Shown here: positions 38,894 through 49,924 of the stretch, in pieces
How positions within the stretch are numbered: position 1 is the first letter of the stretch
Layout: every line of letters begins with the position of its first letter
NCBI GenBank assembly: GCA_944376685.1
Contig: CALWDN010000001.1
Location: 5,472 to 69,471, forward strand
Source: an uncultured Mediterraneibacter sp.
Lineage (GTDB): Bacteria > Bacillota > Clostridia > Lachnospirales > Lachnospiraceae
DNA: 64,000 nucleotides
Direction of reading: 5' to 3'
The notes under the pieces: generated by a model
What the model saw: only the letters and a program-made list of their open reading frames with translations
The model's database searches: none
What the model was told of the DNA's origin: nothing
Program-made: the position numbers and the translations under genes

Positions 38894-38914
38894 AAAAATG
38901 GAGAGAGGATTTCT

Positions 38915-40270
38915 GTGGAAAGAAAAATATGGGGTTCCATGATAAAGTGGAAACAGAGTACAGACAAGAAAGCGCTTATGGTTACCGGGGCAAGACAGAT
39001 CGGAAAAACATATATTATCCGGCAGTTCGCCAGAGAACAATATGAAAATTTCGTGGAAATCAATTTTGTGGAAGATGGAAATGCAGCAGGCATTTTTTCG
39101 GAAGTGTCAAATGTCAATGCGATTATTACAAACCTGACGGCGTATACGAAACAGACATTAGTACCGGGAAAAACACTTGTCTTTTTTGATGAGATCCAGG
39201 AGTGCCCTGCCGCACGTACTGCAATTAAATTTCTAGTGGAAGACGGGCGGTTTGATTATGCTGAATCAGGATCGCTCCCCGGTGTCAGTTATAAAGAAGT
39301 TAAGTCATATCCGGTAGGGTTTGAGGAGACGATCCATATGTTTCCTATGGATTTTGAGGAATTCCTGTATGCGAACGGGATAAAAAAAGAGACTGTGGAA
39401 TACCTCAGGAACTGTTTCAAAGAGCAACGTCAGGTCAGTGACAGTGTGCACAGAACGATCAGCCAGCTGTTCCGGTATTATGTAATTACAGGGGGAATGC
39501 CGGCTGCAGTGCAGTGCTTTATAGACACACATGATATAAGCCGCGTTGAGAAAATCCAAAAAGACATCCTGGAATTATACCGGCAGGATATAACCAGATA
39601 TTCAAGAGAAGACAAGGCGAAGATCAGGGATATATTCGACAGGATCCCGTCAGAACTCAGTGAAAAAAATAAAAGATTCATTCTTGCAAATGTGAAAAAA
39701 ACGGCAAGGATGGAGCGTTATGAAAGTGCTTTTCTGTGGTTGTGCGATGCGGGAGTTGCCCTGCCCTGTTATAACATTACAGAACCAAAAGCGCCGCTCA
39801 GGTTAAATGAAAAAAGAAATCTGATGAAATTGTATCTGGCGGATACCGGACTGCTGTGTGCCGCAAGCCTTGGCAATATTCAGTTTGAAATACTTCAGAA
39901 TCATATGGATGTGAATATGGGCGGAATCCTTGAAAATGTTTTTGCACAGATGTTTACTGCAAATGGATTCGGGTTGCATTATTTTGACAGAAAGAATAAG
40001 GGGGAAGTGGACTTTGTGCTCCAGAAAGGGCAGACGGTCATCCCTGTGGAAATCAAGTCCGGAAGTTCGTGCCGATCTCATTCGGCACTGGATGCATTGA
40101 TGAATGTTTCCGACTGGAACCTGGAAAAAGCGTATGTTTTCTGCCAGGGGAATATAGAACAAAAAGGGAAGATCCTTTATCTCCCGTGGTATATGGCCAT
40201 GTTTCTGGAACAGGAAAAACTCAGGGAAAAACTTATTGTAGATGTGGATCTGAGCGGCCTTGGGTATTAG
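38915..40270 (+). CDS. AAA_14 plus DUF4143 ATP-binding protein with C-terminal PD-(D/E)xK-like motif
   Basis: GARQIGKT, FFDEIQ, YVITGGMP, KLYLADTGLL, EVDFV...PVEIKS; visibly AT-richer than its neighbours. Confidence 0.9.
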   Translation: MERKIWGSMIKWKQSTDKKALMVTGARQIGKTYIIRQFAREQYENFVEINFVEDGNAAGIFSEVSNVNAIITNLTAYTKQTLVPGKTLVFFDEIQECPAARTAIKFLVEDGRFDYAESGSLPGVSYKEVKSYPVGFEETIHMFPMDFEEFLYANGIKKETVEYLRNCFKEQRQVSDSVHRTISQLFRYYVITGGMPAAVQCFIDTHDISRVEKIQKDILELYRQDITRYSREDKAKIRDIFDRIPSELSEKNKRFILANVKKTARMERYESAFLWLCDAGVALPCYNITEPKAPLRLNEKRNLMKLYLADTGLLCAASLGNIQFEILQNHMDVNMGGILENVFAQMFTANGFGLHYFDRKNKGEVDFVLQKGQTVIPVEIKSGSSCRSHSALDALMNVSDWNLEKAYVFCQGNIEQKGKILYLPWYMAMFLEQEKLREKLIVDVDLSGLGY

Positions 40271-40347
40271 ACAGGCTCCGCAGACTTGCGCCTCCTTTCC
40301 GGACGTAGTAAAATGAAGCTACATCTGGAAGGGAGGCATTTTATATT

Positions 40348-41313
40348 TTGAATAAACCCGTGCAGGCGCTTCTGCAGGTCCTTTCCTACGGCGGCATTGA
40401 CGTGGAGTCGGCCCGCTGGATCGCGGATCTGAAGAAGCTGGATCCCATGCGGATCTTCTGGAAAAAACTGGATACAGAAGTATACAATCATGACCATCAG
40501 GTTCCGGTCCGGCTGTATTTTCCCGATGAGGCCTCCATGGAGGCGGGCAACGAAAACGTTCCGGTCATCCTGTTCTTCCACGGCGGCGGATGGACAACAG
40601 AGAGCGTGGAGACTTATGACCGGGTGTGTGCACGGATGGCGCAGTCCATCGGCCGGCTGGTCGTGTCGGTGGAGTACAGGCTGGCGCCGGAATACCGTTT
40701 CCCTGTGGGATTCGAGGACTGCTATGCGGCGGCGAAGGCCCTCTACGGCGGGGAGCTTCTGCCGGGCGTTGATGCAGGGCAGATCACCATCATGGGAGAC
40801 AGCGCCGGAGGCAATCTGGCGGCGGCTGTCTGCATGCGCGCGAGAGATATAGGAGACTTCGCACCAAAGCGCCAGATCCTGATCTATCCGGCGCTGAACA
40901 ACTGTTATACGGAAGAGTCGCCTTATGAGTCTGTGCGGACCAATGGAACGGGATATCTGCTGACCAGTGAGAAGATGGAAGATTACCTGAAGCTGTATGA
41001 GCGTACGCCGGAAGACCGGCGGGATCCGTATTTTTCTCCGCTCTGTGCGGAAGATTATTCCCGGCTTCCGGATACGCTTATCCTGACGGCGGAGTTTGAT
41101 CCTCTCAGAGACGAGGGGGAAGAATACGGCAGGAGGATGCGCAAAGCCGGCTGCAGGGTGCATACGGAGCGGATCAGAGGAGCGCTGCACGGGTATTTCG
41201 CCCTCGGGATCGGCCATTTGTACGTACAGGAAAGCTTCCGGCAGATCAACCGGTTCCTGGCGGCTGCACAGGCATTGTCAGGGCGTTCAGGGAAAGAGGG
41301 GGACAAACAGTGA
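40348..41313 (+). CDS. Alpha/beta hydrolase, HSL-family esterase/lipase
   Basis: FFHGGGW, YRLAPE, GDSAGG, DPLRDEG, HGY. Confidence 0.92.
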   Translation: MNKPVQALLQVLSYGGIDVESARWIADLKKLDPMRIFWKKLDTEVYNHDHQVPVRLYFPDEASMEAGNENVPVILFFHGGGWTTESVETYDRVCARMAQSIGRLVVSVEYRLAPEYRFPVGFEDCYAAAKALYGGELLPGVDAGQITIMGDSAGGNLAAAVCMRARDIGDFAPKRQILIYPALNNCYTEESPYESVRTNGTGYLLTSEKMEDYLKLYERTPEDRRDPYFSPLCAEDYSRLPDTLILTAEFDPLRDEGEEYGRRMRKAGCRVHTERIRGALHGYFALGIGHLYVQESFRQINRFLAAAQALSGRSGKEGDKQ

Positions 41314-43130
41314 GAGAACGACGGAAAAAGCGGCCGGGCCGCTGGAGAAAACTGGATAACGCAGCCCAGGCGTTCCCGGCGGCGACCGGAAAGAAAGATT
41401 CCCGGGTGTTCCGCTTTTACTGTGTGCTGCGCGAGGAGATCAACGGGGACAGGCTGCAGGCGGCGCTTGACGCGGCGCTGGAGAAATACCCGCTCTTCAG
41501 ATCCGTGCTCAGGAAAGGGCTTTTCTGGTTTTACATGGAGCCAAGGCAGATCCCGGCGGTGGTAAGGCCGGAGAACCGGACACCCTGCAGTTATATTTAT
41601 GAACCGGACCAGAAACGCCTGCTCTTTGAGGTGACTTATTACAGGAACCGGATCAATCTGGAAGTGTTTCACGGACTGACAGACGGGACCGGGGCCATGC
41701 AGTTCCTGAAAGAGCTGGTGCGGGATTATCTGGCCCTTACATATCCGGACCGGGAGTTCCCGGAGCCGGACGGCGGTGAGGAGCTAACGGAAAGCGATTA
41801 TGAGGAAGACAGTTTTTCCCAGTATTATACGGGCAGAAAAGGCCGCGGACAGAAGACCCGCAGGGCGTTCCAGCTGAAAGGGGAACGGCTGGAGCAGTCG
41901 GAGATGGAGATCACGGAGCTGATCCTTTCCGCATCGGAAGTCCACCGGAAGGCGCGGGAACACGGGGTGTCGGTGACGGCTTATCTGGCGGCGGTGTTTC
42001 TTTATTCGATTTATGAGGAAATGCCCAAGAGCGGGCTGAAGAAGCCGGCGGCTCTGATGATCCCGGTGAATCTGCGGAATTTCTTCCCTTCCGGTTCTAT
42101 GACGAATTTCTGGAGCTGGATCGAGACGGCTTATGATTTCCGGGAAGACACAACGCTGGAAGACGTCCTCGTGAAAATGAAAGAAAAGTTCGGGAAAGAC
42201 GCGCTCAGGGAGGAAATATCCGGGCGTATGAACGATCTCGTGCGCCTGGAGAAAAACATATTCCTGCGGGCGGTGCCCCTGGAGGTCAAGAATCTGTTCC
42301 TGCTGGCGGGGACCACGCTTGGCGGGCGCAGCGTCACTGCAGTGTATTCGAATATCGGGCGGATCCAGATGCCGACGGAGTATGAAGACTGTATCGAGCG
42401 GTTCGGTTTTTTTGCCAGCACCGATAAGATGCAGATGTGTTCCAGTTCCTACGGGGATACGCTGGTGCTTGGACTGACCTCCAAGATCATCAACCCGAAC
42501 ATATGCCGGAATTTTGTCCGCATCCTGGAGGAAGAAGGGATCGAATGCCGTATAGAGGAGAATGATTTCCCGGGGTATCACGAAGAGCCGGCGCGGACTG
42601 CGCTGATGGGGCTTCGGATCTTTTCTTTCACCTGTACGGCGGCGGTGGTGATCTGTTGGATGCTGGATTATCTGCTGACGTTCGGGCGGTGGTGGGCCGG
42701 CTATGTGACGGCGGCGGTATTCTGTACCTGGCTTCTGGTCATGGTGGGATACCGTAAGCGGAAGAATCCTCTGAAGAACGGGATGTGGCAGCTGCTCATC
42801 GTGTCGGTTGGCGCGGTCCTGTGGGATATATTTACCGGATGGAAGGGATGGTCTTTGGATTATGTGTTCCCGCTGGCGGCCATTGTCAATACGCTTTCCA
42901 TGGTGATCATAGCCGCCGCCGGCAGGATGGAGACGGCGGAATATCTTTTCTATCTCGTCCAGGCGGGCGTATGCGGGCTGATCCCGTTCGTCCTGCTGCT
43001 TGCCGGCGCGGCAGTCCTGCCGTATCCGTCGGTGATCTGTTCGGGCGTAAGCCTTCTGTTCCTGATCGGACTTCTGATCTTCAGATGGAAGGATTTTGTA
43101 AATGAACTGCAGAAAAAATTCCGTGTCTGA
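41310..43130 (+). CDS. Alcohol acetyltransferase/condensation-fold protein fused to a C-terminal multi-TM (DUF6320-like) domain
   Basis: LDNAA, HGLTDGTG (HxxxDG), PVNLR..FPS.S..NF, SNIG; about 6 TMs at the C-terminus; GTGA overlap with the esterase. Confidence 0.8.
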   Translation: MRERRKKRPGRWRKLDNAAQAFPAATGKKDSRVFRFYCVLREEINGDRLQAALDAALEKYPLFRSVLRKGLFWFYMEPRQIPAVVRPENRTPCSYIYEPDQKRLLFEVTYYRNRINLEVFHGLTDGTGAMQFLKELVRDYLALTYPDREFPEPDGGEELTESDYEEDSFSQYYTGRKGRGQKTRRAFQLKGERLEQSEMEITELILSASEVHRKAREHGVSVTAYLAAVFLYSIYEEMPKSGLKKPAALMIPVNLRNFFPSGSMTNFWSWIETAYDFREDTTLEDVLVKMKEKFGKDALREEISGRMNDLVRLEKNIFLRAVPLEVKNLFLLAGTTLGGRSVTAVYSNIGRIQMPTEYEDCIERFGFFASTDKMQMCSSSYGDTLVLGLTSKIINPNICRNFVRILEEEGIECRIEENDFPGYHEEPARTALMGLRIFSFTCTAAVVICWMLDYLLTFGRWWAGYVTAAVFCTWLLVMVGYRKRKNPLKNGMWQLLIVSVGAVLWDIFTGWKGWSLDYVFPLAAIVNTLSMVIIAAAGRMETAEYLFYLVQAGVCGLIPFVLLLAGAAVLPYPSVICSGVSLLFLIGLLIFRWKDFVNELQKKFRV

Positions 43131-43157
43131 CTGTATTATCAGACACGGAATTTTTTC
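43112..43157. terminator. Bidirectional terminator between convergent genes
   Basis: Perfect 19-bp inverted repeat gaaaaaattccgtgtctga / tcagacacggaattttttc with an 8-nt loop. Confidence 0.85.
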
Positions 43158-43172
43158 GGGTGATCTTCCGGT

Positions 43173-43961
43173 TCAGTCAAGGCTGGCAAGCACATCTTCC
43201 AGCACTTCCTCCACGGAATCTGTCACATATCGCGCATGCGAGGCAATGCCCGGCGCAGCGTCTGACATGGCGTAGCCGTATCCGGCCAGCTCCAGCATTT
43301 CGATATCGTTGTACTGGTCGCCGAAGGCCATGCACTCCTCCGGCTTTACGCCGAAGAGATCAAGGAATGTCTGCAGCGCAGTGCCTTTATTATAACCGGG
43401 GACAATGAAATCGATCCAGATGTTCCCCGATGTGACGACTTTGAGCTGATCCGAATATTTCTCCTGCAGTTCTTTCAGATAACCATGGAGATCATGGGAC
43501 GACATGTTTGCGACGGCGAGCTTCAGGAAGGGCCCGCTGACTTTTGTGATGTCGTCAACGATTTCCGTTGTGTTTTTCATTACGTTTACGATATGGTTTA
43601 CGAATTCCGGGCACCGGCCTTCGATCAGGCAGGTGTCTTCCCTTGATGCAACGATCTCATAGTCGGGATTTTTTTTGATGTCGTGCATGATCCGGTACGC
43701 GAGGTCATCCGGGATGATCCCGCGGGAGATGACGTTCCCCTGATGGACGCACAGGGACCCGTTTTCCGCGATGTAGGAGATCTCGTCCCTGATGGGGGCG
43801 AAGAGGCGGCGTTCGTTATCATACTGCCGGCCGCTGGCTGCGATAAAACGGACTCCTTTCTGCGTGAGCGCATGGATCAGCCTGACCGTGCGCTCAGGCA
43901 GCTCCTGCGCGCCATGCCTGAGAAGCGTGCCGTCCAGGTCGCTGGCGATCAGTTTAATCAT
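43173..43961 (-). CDS. Cof-type HAD-IIB hydrolase
   Basis: IASDLDGTLL, AASGR, NKG, FGDQYNDIEM; ATG 43961 after AGAAAGGA. Confidence 0.92.
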   Translation of the reverse strand: MIKLIASDLDGTLLRHGAQELPERTVRLIHALTQKGVRFIAASGRQYDNERRLFAPIRDEISYIAENGSLCVHQGNVISRGIIPDDLAYRIMHDIKKNPDYEIVASREDTCLIEGRCPEFVNHIVNVMKNTTEIVDDITKVSGPFLKLAVANMSSHDLHGYLKELQEKYSDQLKVVTSGNIWIDFIVPGYNKGTALQTFLDLFGVKPEECMAFGDQYNDIEMLELAGYGYAMSDAAPGIASHARYVTDSVEEVLEDVLASLD

Positions 43962-44072
43962 TTCGGTAATCCTTTCTAAGCTGATTTCATGAAACAAGAA
44001 TCAGTATAGCTGAAATTGGTCCGGCCGTAAATAGACGCATTTGCTAAAAAATGTGTAACAAAAAAGAAATAC

Positions 44073-44101
44073 TTGTAACTCTTTCGTAATAGTAATATAA
44101 T
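44073..44101 (+). promoter_or_regulatory. Putative sigma-A promoter of glmM
   Basis: TTGTAA-17 nt-TATAAT. Confidence 0.6.
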
Positions 44102-44190
44102 AATGACGTGCTAAAACGCAGTGCTTTTCCATTGCCTGGCGCATAACTTATTTTAGAAGAAAACAGAAAAGAACAGGAAAGGATACAGCT

Positions 44191-45534
44191 ATGGGAAAAT
44201 ATTTTGGGACTGACGGCTTCCGCGGGGAGGCAAATGTCGGACTTACCGTGGAACATGCATTTAAAGTAGGCCGTTATCTCGGCTGGTATTTCGGACAGGA
44301 CCACAAGGCGAAAGTTGTGATCGGAAAGGATACAAGAAGAAGCAGCTATATGTTTGAGTATGCGCTGGCGGCAGGACTTACGGCGTCAGGGGCAGATGCA
44401 TATCTGCTTCACGTAACTACGACTCCGAGTGTATCATATGTCGTAAGGACTGAGGATTTTGACTGCGGCATCATGATCTCCGCAAGCCACAATCCTTTCT
44501 ATGACAACGGGATCAAGGTGATCAACAGCGCGGGCCATAAGATGGAAGCGGAAGTTGAAGCAAAGATCGAGGCCTATATCGACGGGGAGACAGAAGAGCT
44601 TCCGCTGGCAACAAAGGAAAATATCGGGCGCACGATCGACTACGCGGCCGGAAGGAACCGTTATATCGGAAGCCTGATCTCGGTTGCCACAAGATCGTTC
44701 AAGGATATGCGGATCGGCCTTGACTGTGCGAACGGCAGTTCATTTGCGATCGCAAAAAGCGTGTTCGACGCACTTGGGGCAAAGACGTATGTGATCAACA
44801 ATGAACCGGACGGCATCAATATCAATACGAACTGCGGCTCCACCCATATCAATGTGCTCCAGGAGTTTGTAAAAGAGAAAAAGCTGGACGTTGGATTTGC
44901 GTTTGACGGTGATGCGGACAGATGCATCGCTGTAGATGAGAACGGAAATGTTGTGGACGGCGACCTGATCCTCTATGTGTGCGGTAAATACCTGATGGAG
45001 CAGGGAAGGCTGGAAGGAAATACGATCGTAACAACGGTTATGTCAAACCTCGGCCTTTACAAGGCATGTGACAAGATTGGCATGAAGTATGAGCAGACGG
45101 CGGTCGGGGATAAATATGTATATGAAAATATGATGAAGAACGGATTCATCCTCGGCGGGGAGCAGTCCGGGCACATCATCTTCAGCAAGCATGCAAGGAC
45201 CGGCGACGGGATCCTTACCTCCCTTATGATCATGGAAGTCATCCTTGAGAAGAAGATGCCTCTTGGCAAGCTGGCGGGAGAAGTGAAGATCTACCCGCAG
45301 CTCCTGAAAAACGTCCGCGTGACAGACAAGAAGACGGCAAGAGAGAACCCGGCAGTTGTCGAGGCTGTGAAGAAAGCAGCTGACGAGCTGGGAAGCGACG
45401 GCCGCATCCTGGTGCGCGAGAGCGGGACAGAGCCGGTGATCCGCGTGATGGTGGAGGCGACAACCGATGAAATCTGCGCCAGATACGTGGACGGTGTGAT
45501 CAAAGTCATGGAAGAACAGGGACTGACAGTATAA
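44191..45534 (+). CDS. glmM: Phosphoglucosamine mutase
   Basis: YFGTDGFRG, ISASHNP, FDGDADR, GGEQSGH, RESGTEP. Confidence 0.96.
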   Translation: MGKYFGTDGFRGEANVGLTVEHAFKVGRYLGWYFGQDHKAKVVIGKDTRRSSYMFEYALAAGLTASGADAYLLHVTTTPSVSYVVRTEDFDCGIMISASHNPFYDNGIKVINSAGHKMEAEVEAKIEAYIDGETEELPLATKENIGRTIDYAAGRNRYIGSLISVATRSFKDMRIGLDCANGSSFAIAKSVFDALGAKTYVINNEPDGININTNCGSTHINVLQEFVKEKKLDVGFAFDGDADRCIAVDENGNVVDGDLILYVCGKYLMEQGRLEGNTIVTTVMSNLGLYKACDKIGMKYEQTAVGDKYVYENMMKNGFILGGEQSGHIIFSKHARTGDGILTSLMIMEVILEKKMPLGKLAGEVKIYPQLLKNVRVTDKKTARENPAVVEAVKKAADELGSDGRILVRESGTEPVIRVMVEATTDEICARYVDGVIKVMEEQGLTV

Positions 45535-45552
45535 AACCACAGAAAAAGCATG

Positions 45553-45585
45553 AAAACGGGACACTGATTTCAGTGCCCCGTTTTT
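45553..45585 (+). terminator. Intrinsic terminator after glmM
   Basis: aaaacgggacactg-attt-cagtgccccgttttt. Confidence 0.8.
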
Positions 45586-45592
45586 GCAGTCT

Positions 45593-45621
45593 TTGCAACC
45601 CGTCCGGTATTGTGGTATCCT
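45593..45621 (+). promoter_or_regulatory. Putative sigma-A promoter of the murE-priA operon
   Basis: TTGCAA-17 nt-TATCCT with extended TG. Confidence 0.5.
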
Positions 45622-45677
45622 ATAGTGTGTTATAGTATTCTTTTCATTAAAATGAAGACAGGCAGGAGGGCTTGGAC

Positions 45678-47159
45678 GTGAAGTTAAATCAGTTACTGGA
45701 GCGCCTGAAATATCAGGTGGCTCAGGGGAGCGATGAGACCGAAATAACGACGCTGGTCAATGATTCCAGAAAAGTGGAGGCGGGGTCGGTCTTTGTCTGC
45801 ATCAGCGGCGCGGTGTCCGACGGGCATAAATATATCCCCGACGTGGCGGCAAAAGGTGCAGCAGCCATAGTTGTAGAGCGGGATGTGGAAGCGCCGGAAC
45901 ATATGACGGTGATCCGGGTGGAAGATACGCGGTATGCGCTGGCGCTTATGTCGGCGGCATATTTCGGATATCCGGCGGAGAAGCTGAAAGTGATCGGGAT
46001 CACGGGGACAAAAGGGAAAACGACGACCACATACATGATCAAGTCCATCCTGGACAGCGTGGGATATAAAGTGGGCCTGATCGGCACCATCGAGGCGATT
46101 ATCGGGGAGAAACGGATCCCGGCCGCCAATACAACGCCGGAGTCCTATACGATCCAGCAGTATTTTGCGCAGATGGTGGAAGAAGGATGCGACTGCGTGG
46201 TCATGGAAGTGTCCTCCCAGGGCCTGATGCTCAACCGTACGGCGGGCATCCCGTTTGAGATCGGCATTTTCACCAATCTGGGCCATGACCATATCGGGCC
46301 CAATGAGCATAAGGATTTTGACGATTACAAGCGGTGCAAGGGGCTTCTGTTCAAACAGTGCAAAGTGGGCATTGCAAATGTGGACGACAGGTATTTCCGG
46401 GATGTATTCCAGGGGGCGACCTGCCGGACGGAGACCTTCGGCTTTTCGGAGGAAGCGGATCTCAGGGCGGAGAATGTACAGCTCGTATCAAGGCCCGGCT
46501 ATCTGGGCGTGGCGTACCATGTGTCCGGCGTCATGGATTTCGATGTGGAGATCGACATCCCGGGCACGTTCAGCGTATATAACTCCCTGACCGCGATCTC
46601 GGTCTGCCGGCATTTCAGCGTCCCGGTGGAGAAGATCAAAGAGGCGCTCCGCAAGGCGAAGGTGAAGGGCCGGATCGAGATGATCAAAGTATCAGATGAA
46701 TTTACGCTGATGATCGATTACGCCCACAATGCCATGAGCCTGGAGAGCCTGCTCACGACGCTGAAGGAATATCATCCGAAGCGGCTCGTGTGCCTCTTCG
46801 GGTGCGGCGGAAACCGCTCGAAAGACCGCCGCTATGAGATGGGAGAGGTATCCGGCCGGCTGGCGGACCTGACCATCATTACTTCGGATAACCCGAGGTT
46901 CGAAGAGCCCCAGGCGATCATTGACGACATTAAGACGGGGATCGGCAGGACAAACGGGAAATATGTGGAGATCTGTGACCGCAAAGAGGCGATCCGTTAT
47001 GCCATCGAACACGGCGAACCGGGCGACGTGATCGTTCTCGCGGGCAAGGGACACGAGGATTACCAGGAGATCCGGGGCGTAAAATATCCGATGGATGAGC
47101 GCGTCCTGATCGCGGAAGTCCTGGAGGAACTGGCACAGGAAAAGAATCAGAGAGTGTGA
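45678..47159 (+). CDS. murE: UDP-MurNAc-dipeptide--meso-diaminopimelate ligase
   Basis: GITGTKGKTTT, TTPE, MEVSS, IDYAHN, FGCGG, SDNPR (DAP-type), LAGKGHE; GTG 45678 best fits the GGAGG RBS. Confidence 0.95.
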   Translation: MKLNQLLERLKYQVAQGSDETEITTLVNDSRKVEAGSVFVCISGAVSDGHKYIPDVAAKGAAAIVVERDVEAPEHMTVIRVEDTRYALALMSAAYFGYPAEKLKVIGITGTKGKTTTTYMIKSILDSVGYKVGLIGTIEAIIGEKRIPAANTTPESYTIQQYFAQMVEEGCDCVVMEVSSQGLMLNRTAGIPFEIGIFTNLGHDHIGPNEHKDFDDYKRCKGLLFKQCKVGIANVDDRYFRDVFQGATCRTETFGFSEEADLRAENVQLVSRPGYLGVAYHVSGVMDFDVEIDIPGTFSVYNSLTAISVCRHFSVPVEKIKEALRKAKVKGRIEMIKVSDEFTLMIDYAHNAMSLESLLTTLKEYHPKRLVCLFGCGGNRSKDRRYEMGEVSGRLADLTIITSDNPRFEEPQAIIDDIKTGIGRTNGKYVEICDRKEAIRYAIEHGEPGDVIVLAGKGHEDYQEIRGVKYPMDERVLIAEVLEELAQEKNQRV

Positions 47160-47163
47160 TCGC

Positions 47164-49386
47164 GTGTTTGCAGACGTTATCGTAGATATACAGCATGAAA
47201 AACTGGATAAGATCTTCCAGTACCGGATCCCGGAGGAGATGGAAGGCCGGCTGGAGCCGGGCATGCAGGTGCTCGTGCCTTTCGGGAAGGGGAACCGGCA
47301 GATCAGAGGATATGTGACCGGCATCTCGGAAGAATGCGGCTATGACCTCTCAAAGATGAAGGAGATCGCGGAGATCCCGGAGCGGGGCGTGGAGATCGAG
47401 GCGAAGCTGGTGGCCCTGGCCGCATGGATGAAAGAGAATTACGGCGGAACCATGATCCAGGCGCTTAAAACGGTCCTGCCGATCAAGCAGAAGGAAAATG
47501 CAAAGGTGAAAAAGCGTCTCCGCCTGCTGCTTGATGAAGAGACCGGGAAACGGCAGCTTCATTATTATCTGGAGAAGAATCAGAAAGCCAGGGCCAGGCT
47601 GATGGCAGCCCTTCTGGATGACCATCTGCTGGAATATGAGCTGGTGACGAAGAAGCTCAATATCACCCTTCCGGTTATCCGGGCGCTGGAGGAGCAGGGG
47701 GTTCTGGACATCGAGAGCGAACAGGTCTTCCGCACGCCGCTGAAAGAAACCGGACGGCAGGAAGAGCCCGTTGACTATACGGCGGAGCAGCGGCAGATCA
47801 TTGACCGGTTCCGGGAAGATTATCTTCAGGGGATCCGGCACACGTATCTGATCCACGGGGTGACGGGAAGCGGCAAGACGGAAGTCTACATGGAAATGAT
47901 CCGCACGGTGGTGGAGCAGGGCCGGCAGGCCATTGTCCTGATCCCGGAGATCGCCCTGACCTATCAGACGGTGATGCGGTTCTACCGGCGGTTCGGAGAC
48001 CGGGTGGCGATCATGAATTCGAGGCTTTCGGCCGGCGAACGGTACGACCAGATGATGCGGGCGAGAGCCGGGCAGGTGGATGTGATGATCGGCCCGAGAT
48101 CTGCTTTATTCACCCCGTTCCCGAACCTGGGGCTGATCGTGATCGACGAGGAGCATGAACCCACGTACAAGAGCGAGCAGACGCCCCGCTACCATGCGCG
48201 GGAGACCGCCATCCGGCGGGCGCAGACGGAGGACGCCGGCGTGGTGCTCGGCAGCGCCACCCCTTCCATGGAAGCCATGTACCGGGCGCGCTGCGGCGAG
48301 TATGTGCTTTTTGAGATGAAGAACCGTTCCCGGATGCAACAGATGGCGCAGGTATATACGGTGGATATGCGGGAAGAATTAAAGAACGGGAACCGCTCTG
48401 TTTTAAGCCGGAAGCTTATGGAGCTGATGGCGGAGCGGCTCGCGAAGGGCGAGCAGACCATGCTTTTCCTGAACCGCCGCGGTTATTCGGGGTTCATTTC
48501 CTGCAGGGAATGCGGCCATGTGGTAAAATGCCCGCACTGCGACGTGTCCCTTTCCATTCACCGGGACGGGATGATGCGCTGCCATTACTGCGGATATGAA
48601 CAGCCGAAAGTGACGGCCTGTCCGGAATGCGGGTCCCGGTATATCGGGGAATTCCGCGCCGGCACCCAGCAGATCGAGGAACTGGTGCACCAGGCATTCC
48701 CGCAGGCCCGGGTGCTGCGGATGGATATGGACACGACCCGTCAGAAGGACGCTCATGAGAAGATCCTTTCAGCTTTTGCCAATGAAGAGGCGGACGTCCT
48801 GGTGGGAACCCAGATGATCGTGAAGGGGCATGATTTCCCCAATGTGACGCTGGTGGGCGTCCTGGCGGCGGATATGTCGCTCTATACGGCGGATTACCGT
48901 TCCGGCGAGCGGACGTTCCAGCTCCTGACCCAGGCGGCGGGCCGGGCCGGGCGCGGAGAGAAGCCGGGCGAGGCGGTGATCCAGACTTATGATCCGTCCC
49001 ATTACGCCATTGAGACGGCTGCGGCCCAGGATTATGAGGCGTTTTACGGGGAGGAGATCCGGTACCGGGAAGTGATGGGATATCCGCCTGTGGAAAATCT
49101 GCTGGCGGTATTTGTTTCCGGGGAGGATGAAGCCCTTCTGGAGAAAGGGTGCCGCTATCTGAAAGAATATATCCTGCGGGTCAGCCGCGGCTCCCGGGAT
49201 GTACAGGTGATCGGGCCGGCAGGCCCCGGGATCGACAAGATCAAGGATGTCTACCGCCGGGTGGTCTATGTGAAAGCATGCCGGTATGAGATCCTGGTGG
49301 AGATCAAGGACCGGGTGGAGCGGTATATTGAGATCAATTCCGGTTTTGACCGGATGCGGATCCAGTTTGACTTTAATCCGATGTGA
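47164..49386 (+). CDS. priA: Primosomal protein N'
   Basis: [31 protein letters not shown], four CxxC pairs, [20 protein letters not shown]. Confidence 0.96.
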   Translation: MFADVIVDIQHEKLDKIFQYRIPEEMEGRLEPGMQVLVPFGKGNRQIRGYVTGISEECGYDLSKMKEIAEIPERGVEIEAKLVALAAWMKENYGGTMIQALKTVLPIKQKENAKVKKRLRLLLDEETGKRQLHYYLEKNQKARARLMAALLDDHLLEYELVTKKLNITLPVIRALEEQGVLDIESEQVFRTPLKETGRQEEPVDYTAEQRQIIDRFREDYLQGIRHTYLIHGVTGSGKTEVYMEMIRTVVEQGRQAIVLIPEIALTYQTVMRFYRRFGDRVAIMNSRLSAGERYDQMMRARAGQVDVMIGPRSALFTPFPNLGLIVIDEEHEPTYKSEQTPRYHARETAIRRAQTEDAGVVLGSATPSMEAMYRARCGEYVLFEMKNRSRMQQMAQVYTVDMREELKNGNRSVLSRKLMELMAERLAKGEQTMLFLNRRGYSGFISCRECGHVVKCPHCDVSLSIHRDGMMRCHYCGYEQPKVTACPECGSRYIGEFRAGTQQIEELVHQAFPQARVLRMDMDTTRQKDAHEKILSAFANEEADVLVGTQMIVKGHDFPNVTLVGVLAADMSLYTADYRSGERTFQLLTQAAGRAGRGEKPGEAVIQTYDPSHYAIETAAAQDYEAFYGEEIRYREVMGYPPVENLLAVFVSGEDEALLEKGCRYLKEYILRVSRGSRDVQVIGPAGPGIDKIKDVYRRVVYVKACRYEILVEIKDRVERYIEINSGFDRMRIQFDFNPM

Positions 49387-49423
49387 CAGAAAATCAGATA
49401 CAATATCAGAAAGGAATAATATT

Positions 49424-49921
49424 ATGGCAATCAGACAGGTAAGAGAGATGGGGGACGAGATCCTGACAAAACAGTGCAAGCCGGTGCCGAAGATGACGCT
49501 CCGGACGAAGATCCTGATCGGGGATATGCTGGAGACGATGTATGAGTATAACGGCGTCGGGCTTGCGGCTCCCCAGGTGGGCGTCCTCAAGCAGATCGTG
49601 GTCATCGATGTAGGGGAAGGGCCGATCGTCCTTATCAACCCGGAGATCATCGAGACGTCCGGCGAGCAGACCGGCGAGGAAGGATGCTTAAGCGTGCCGG
49701 GCAAGTGGGGGATCGTCACCCGCCCGAATTATGTGAAAGTACGCGCATACAACCAGGACATGGAACCAGTGGAGCTGGAAGGTGAAGAACTGCTGGCCCG
49801 CGCATTCTGCCATGAGATCGACCATCTGTCCGGAGAACTGTATGTGGATAAGACGGAGGACGGCCTTCACGATGTGACTTATGAAAACGACGATGCGGAT
49901 GAGGATGAAACGGAGGAATAA
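49424..49921 (+). CDS. def: Peptide deformylase
   Basis: [20 protein letters not shown]; ATG 49424 after AAAGGA. Confidence 0.95.
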   Translation: MAIRQVREMGDEILTKQCKPVPKMTLRTKILIGDMLETMYEYNGVGLAAPQVGVLKQIVVIDVGEGPIVLINPEIIETSGEQTGEEGCLSVPGKWGIVTRPNYVKVRAYNQDMEPVELEGEELLARAFCHEIDHLSGELYVDKTEDGLHDVTYENDDADEDETEE

Positions 49922-49924
49922 ACG

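Noticed and set aside
44102-44190. Riboswitch or glmS-type ribozyme in the glmM leader
   Set aside because: Leader is short and I could not identify the conserved core of any known RNA family
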